DNA of 64,000 nucleotides from Anolis carolinensis (Eukaryota): contig NC_085842.1 of NCBI RefSeq assembly GCF_035594765.1, positions 218,747,747 to 218,811,746 on the forward strand. Reading direction: 5' to 3'. Shown here one piece after another: positions 63,729 through 64,000 of this stretch. How positions within the stretch are numbered: the first letter of the stretch is position 1; each line of letters opens with the position of its first letter. The notes below the pieces were generated by a model. It did not search any database, was not told the origin of the DNA, and saw only the letters and a list, made by a program, of their open reading frames with translations. A program made the translations under genes and the position numbers.

Positions 63729-64000
63729 CCGCAGAGTTTCTCTTATCCAACATAAACAGGGCGGCAGAACGTTGGATAAGCAAAAATGTTGGATAATGAG
63801 GGATTAAGGAAAAGCCTATTAAACATCAAATTACGTTATGGTTTTACAAATTAAGCACCAAAACATTATGTTTTACAACAAATCAACAGAAAAAGAAGTT
63901 CAATACATGGTAACGTTATGTAGTAATTACTCTATTTATGAATTTAGCACCAAAACATCGCAATGTGTTGAAAACATTGGCTATAAAAACATTGGCTACT
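63729..64000. mobile_element. MITE family A, diverged copy cut by the window end
   Basis: ta|CCGCAGAGTTTCTCTTATCC followed by the family A internal sequence. Confidence 0.8.

Overview
This is vertebrate genomic DNA, most likely from a squamate lizard (Anolis-like), judged by its Sauria SINEs, 5S-derived SINE, young CR1, Penelope and Dong/R4 elements. It contains three genes. (1) A complete 13-exon Golgi alpha-1,2-mannosidase gene, MAN1A2 (+ strand, 5712..41705, 644 aa, all introns GT-AG), with a CpG-island/NRF1 promoter. (2) An intronless 576-aa SPPL2-family GxGD intramembrane protease ORF nested antisense in MAN1A2 intron 3 (23946..25676); both catalytic aspartates are kept but the PAL motif reads PTL. 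(3) The first five coding exons of a complement C1s gene (+ strand, 52515..>62702; signal peptide, CUB1, EGF, start of CUB2), preceded by a compact NF-kB/GAS/C-EBP/IRF motif cluster. The rest is dense in transposable elements: CR1, L1, L2, Dong/R4, Penelope, SINEs, hAT and Tc1/mariner MITEs and a solo LTR. The most notable observations are the nested SPPL2 retrogene, minimal hammerhead-ribozyme motifs in the Penelope repeats, a scrambled CR1, a U1-snRNA fragment next to a CR1 tail, and a stop-free, in-frame potential circle from MAN1A2 exons 2-6. All calls come from reading the sequence by eye and from recalled family motifs; no database searches were run.
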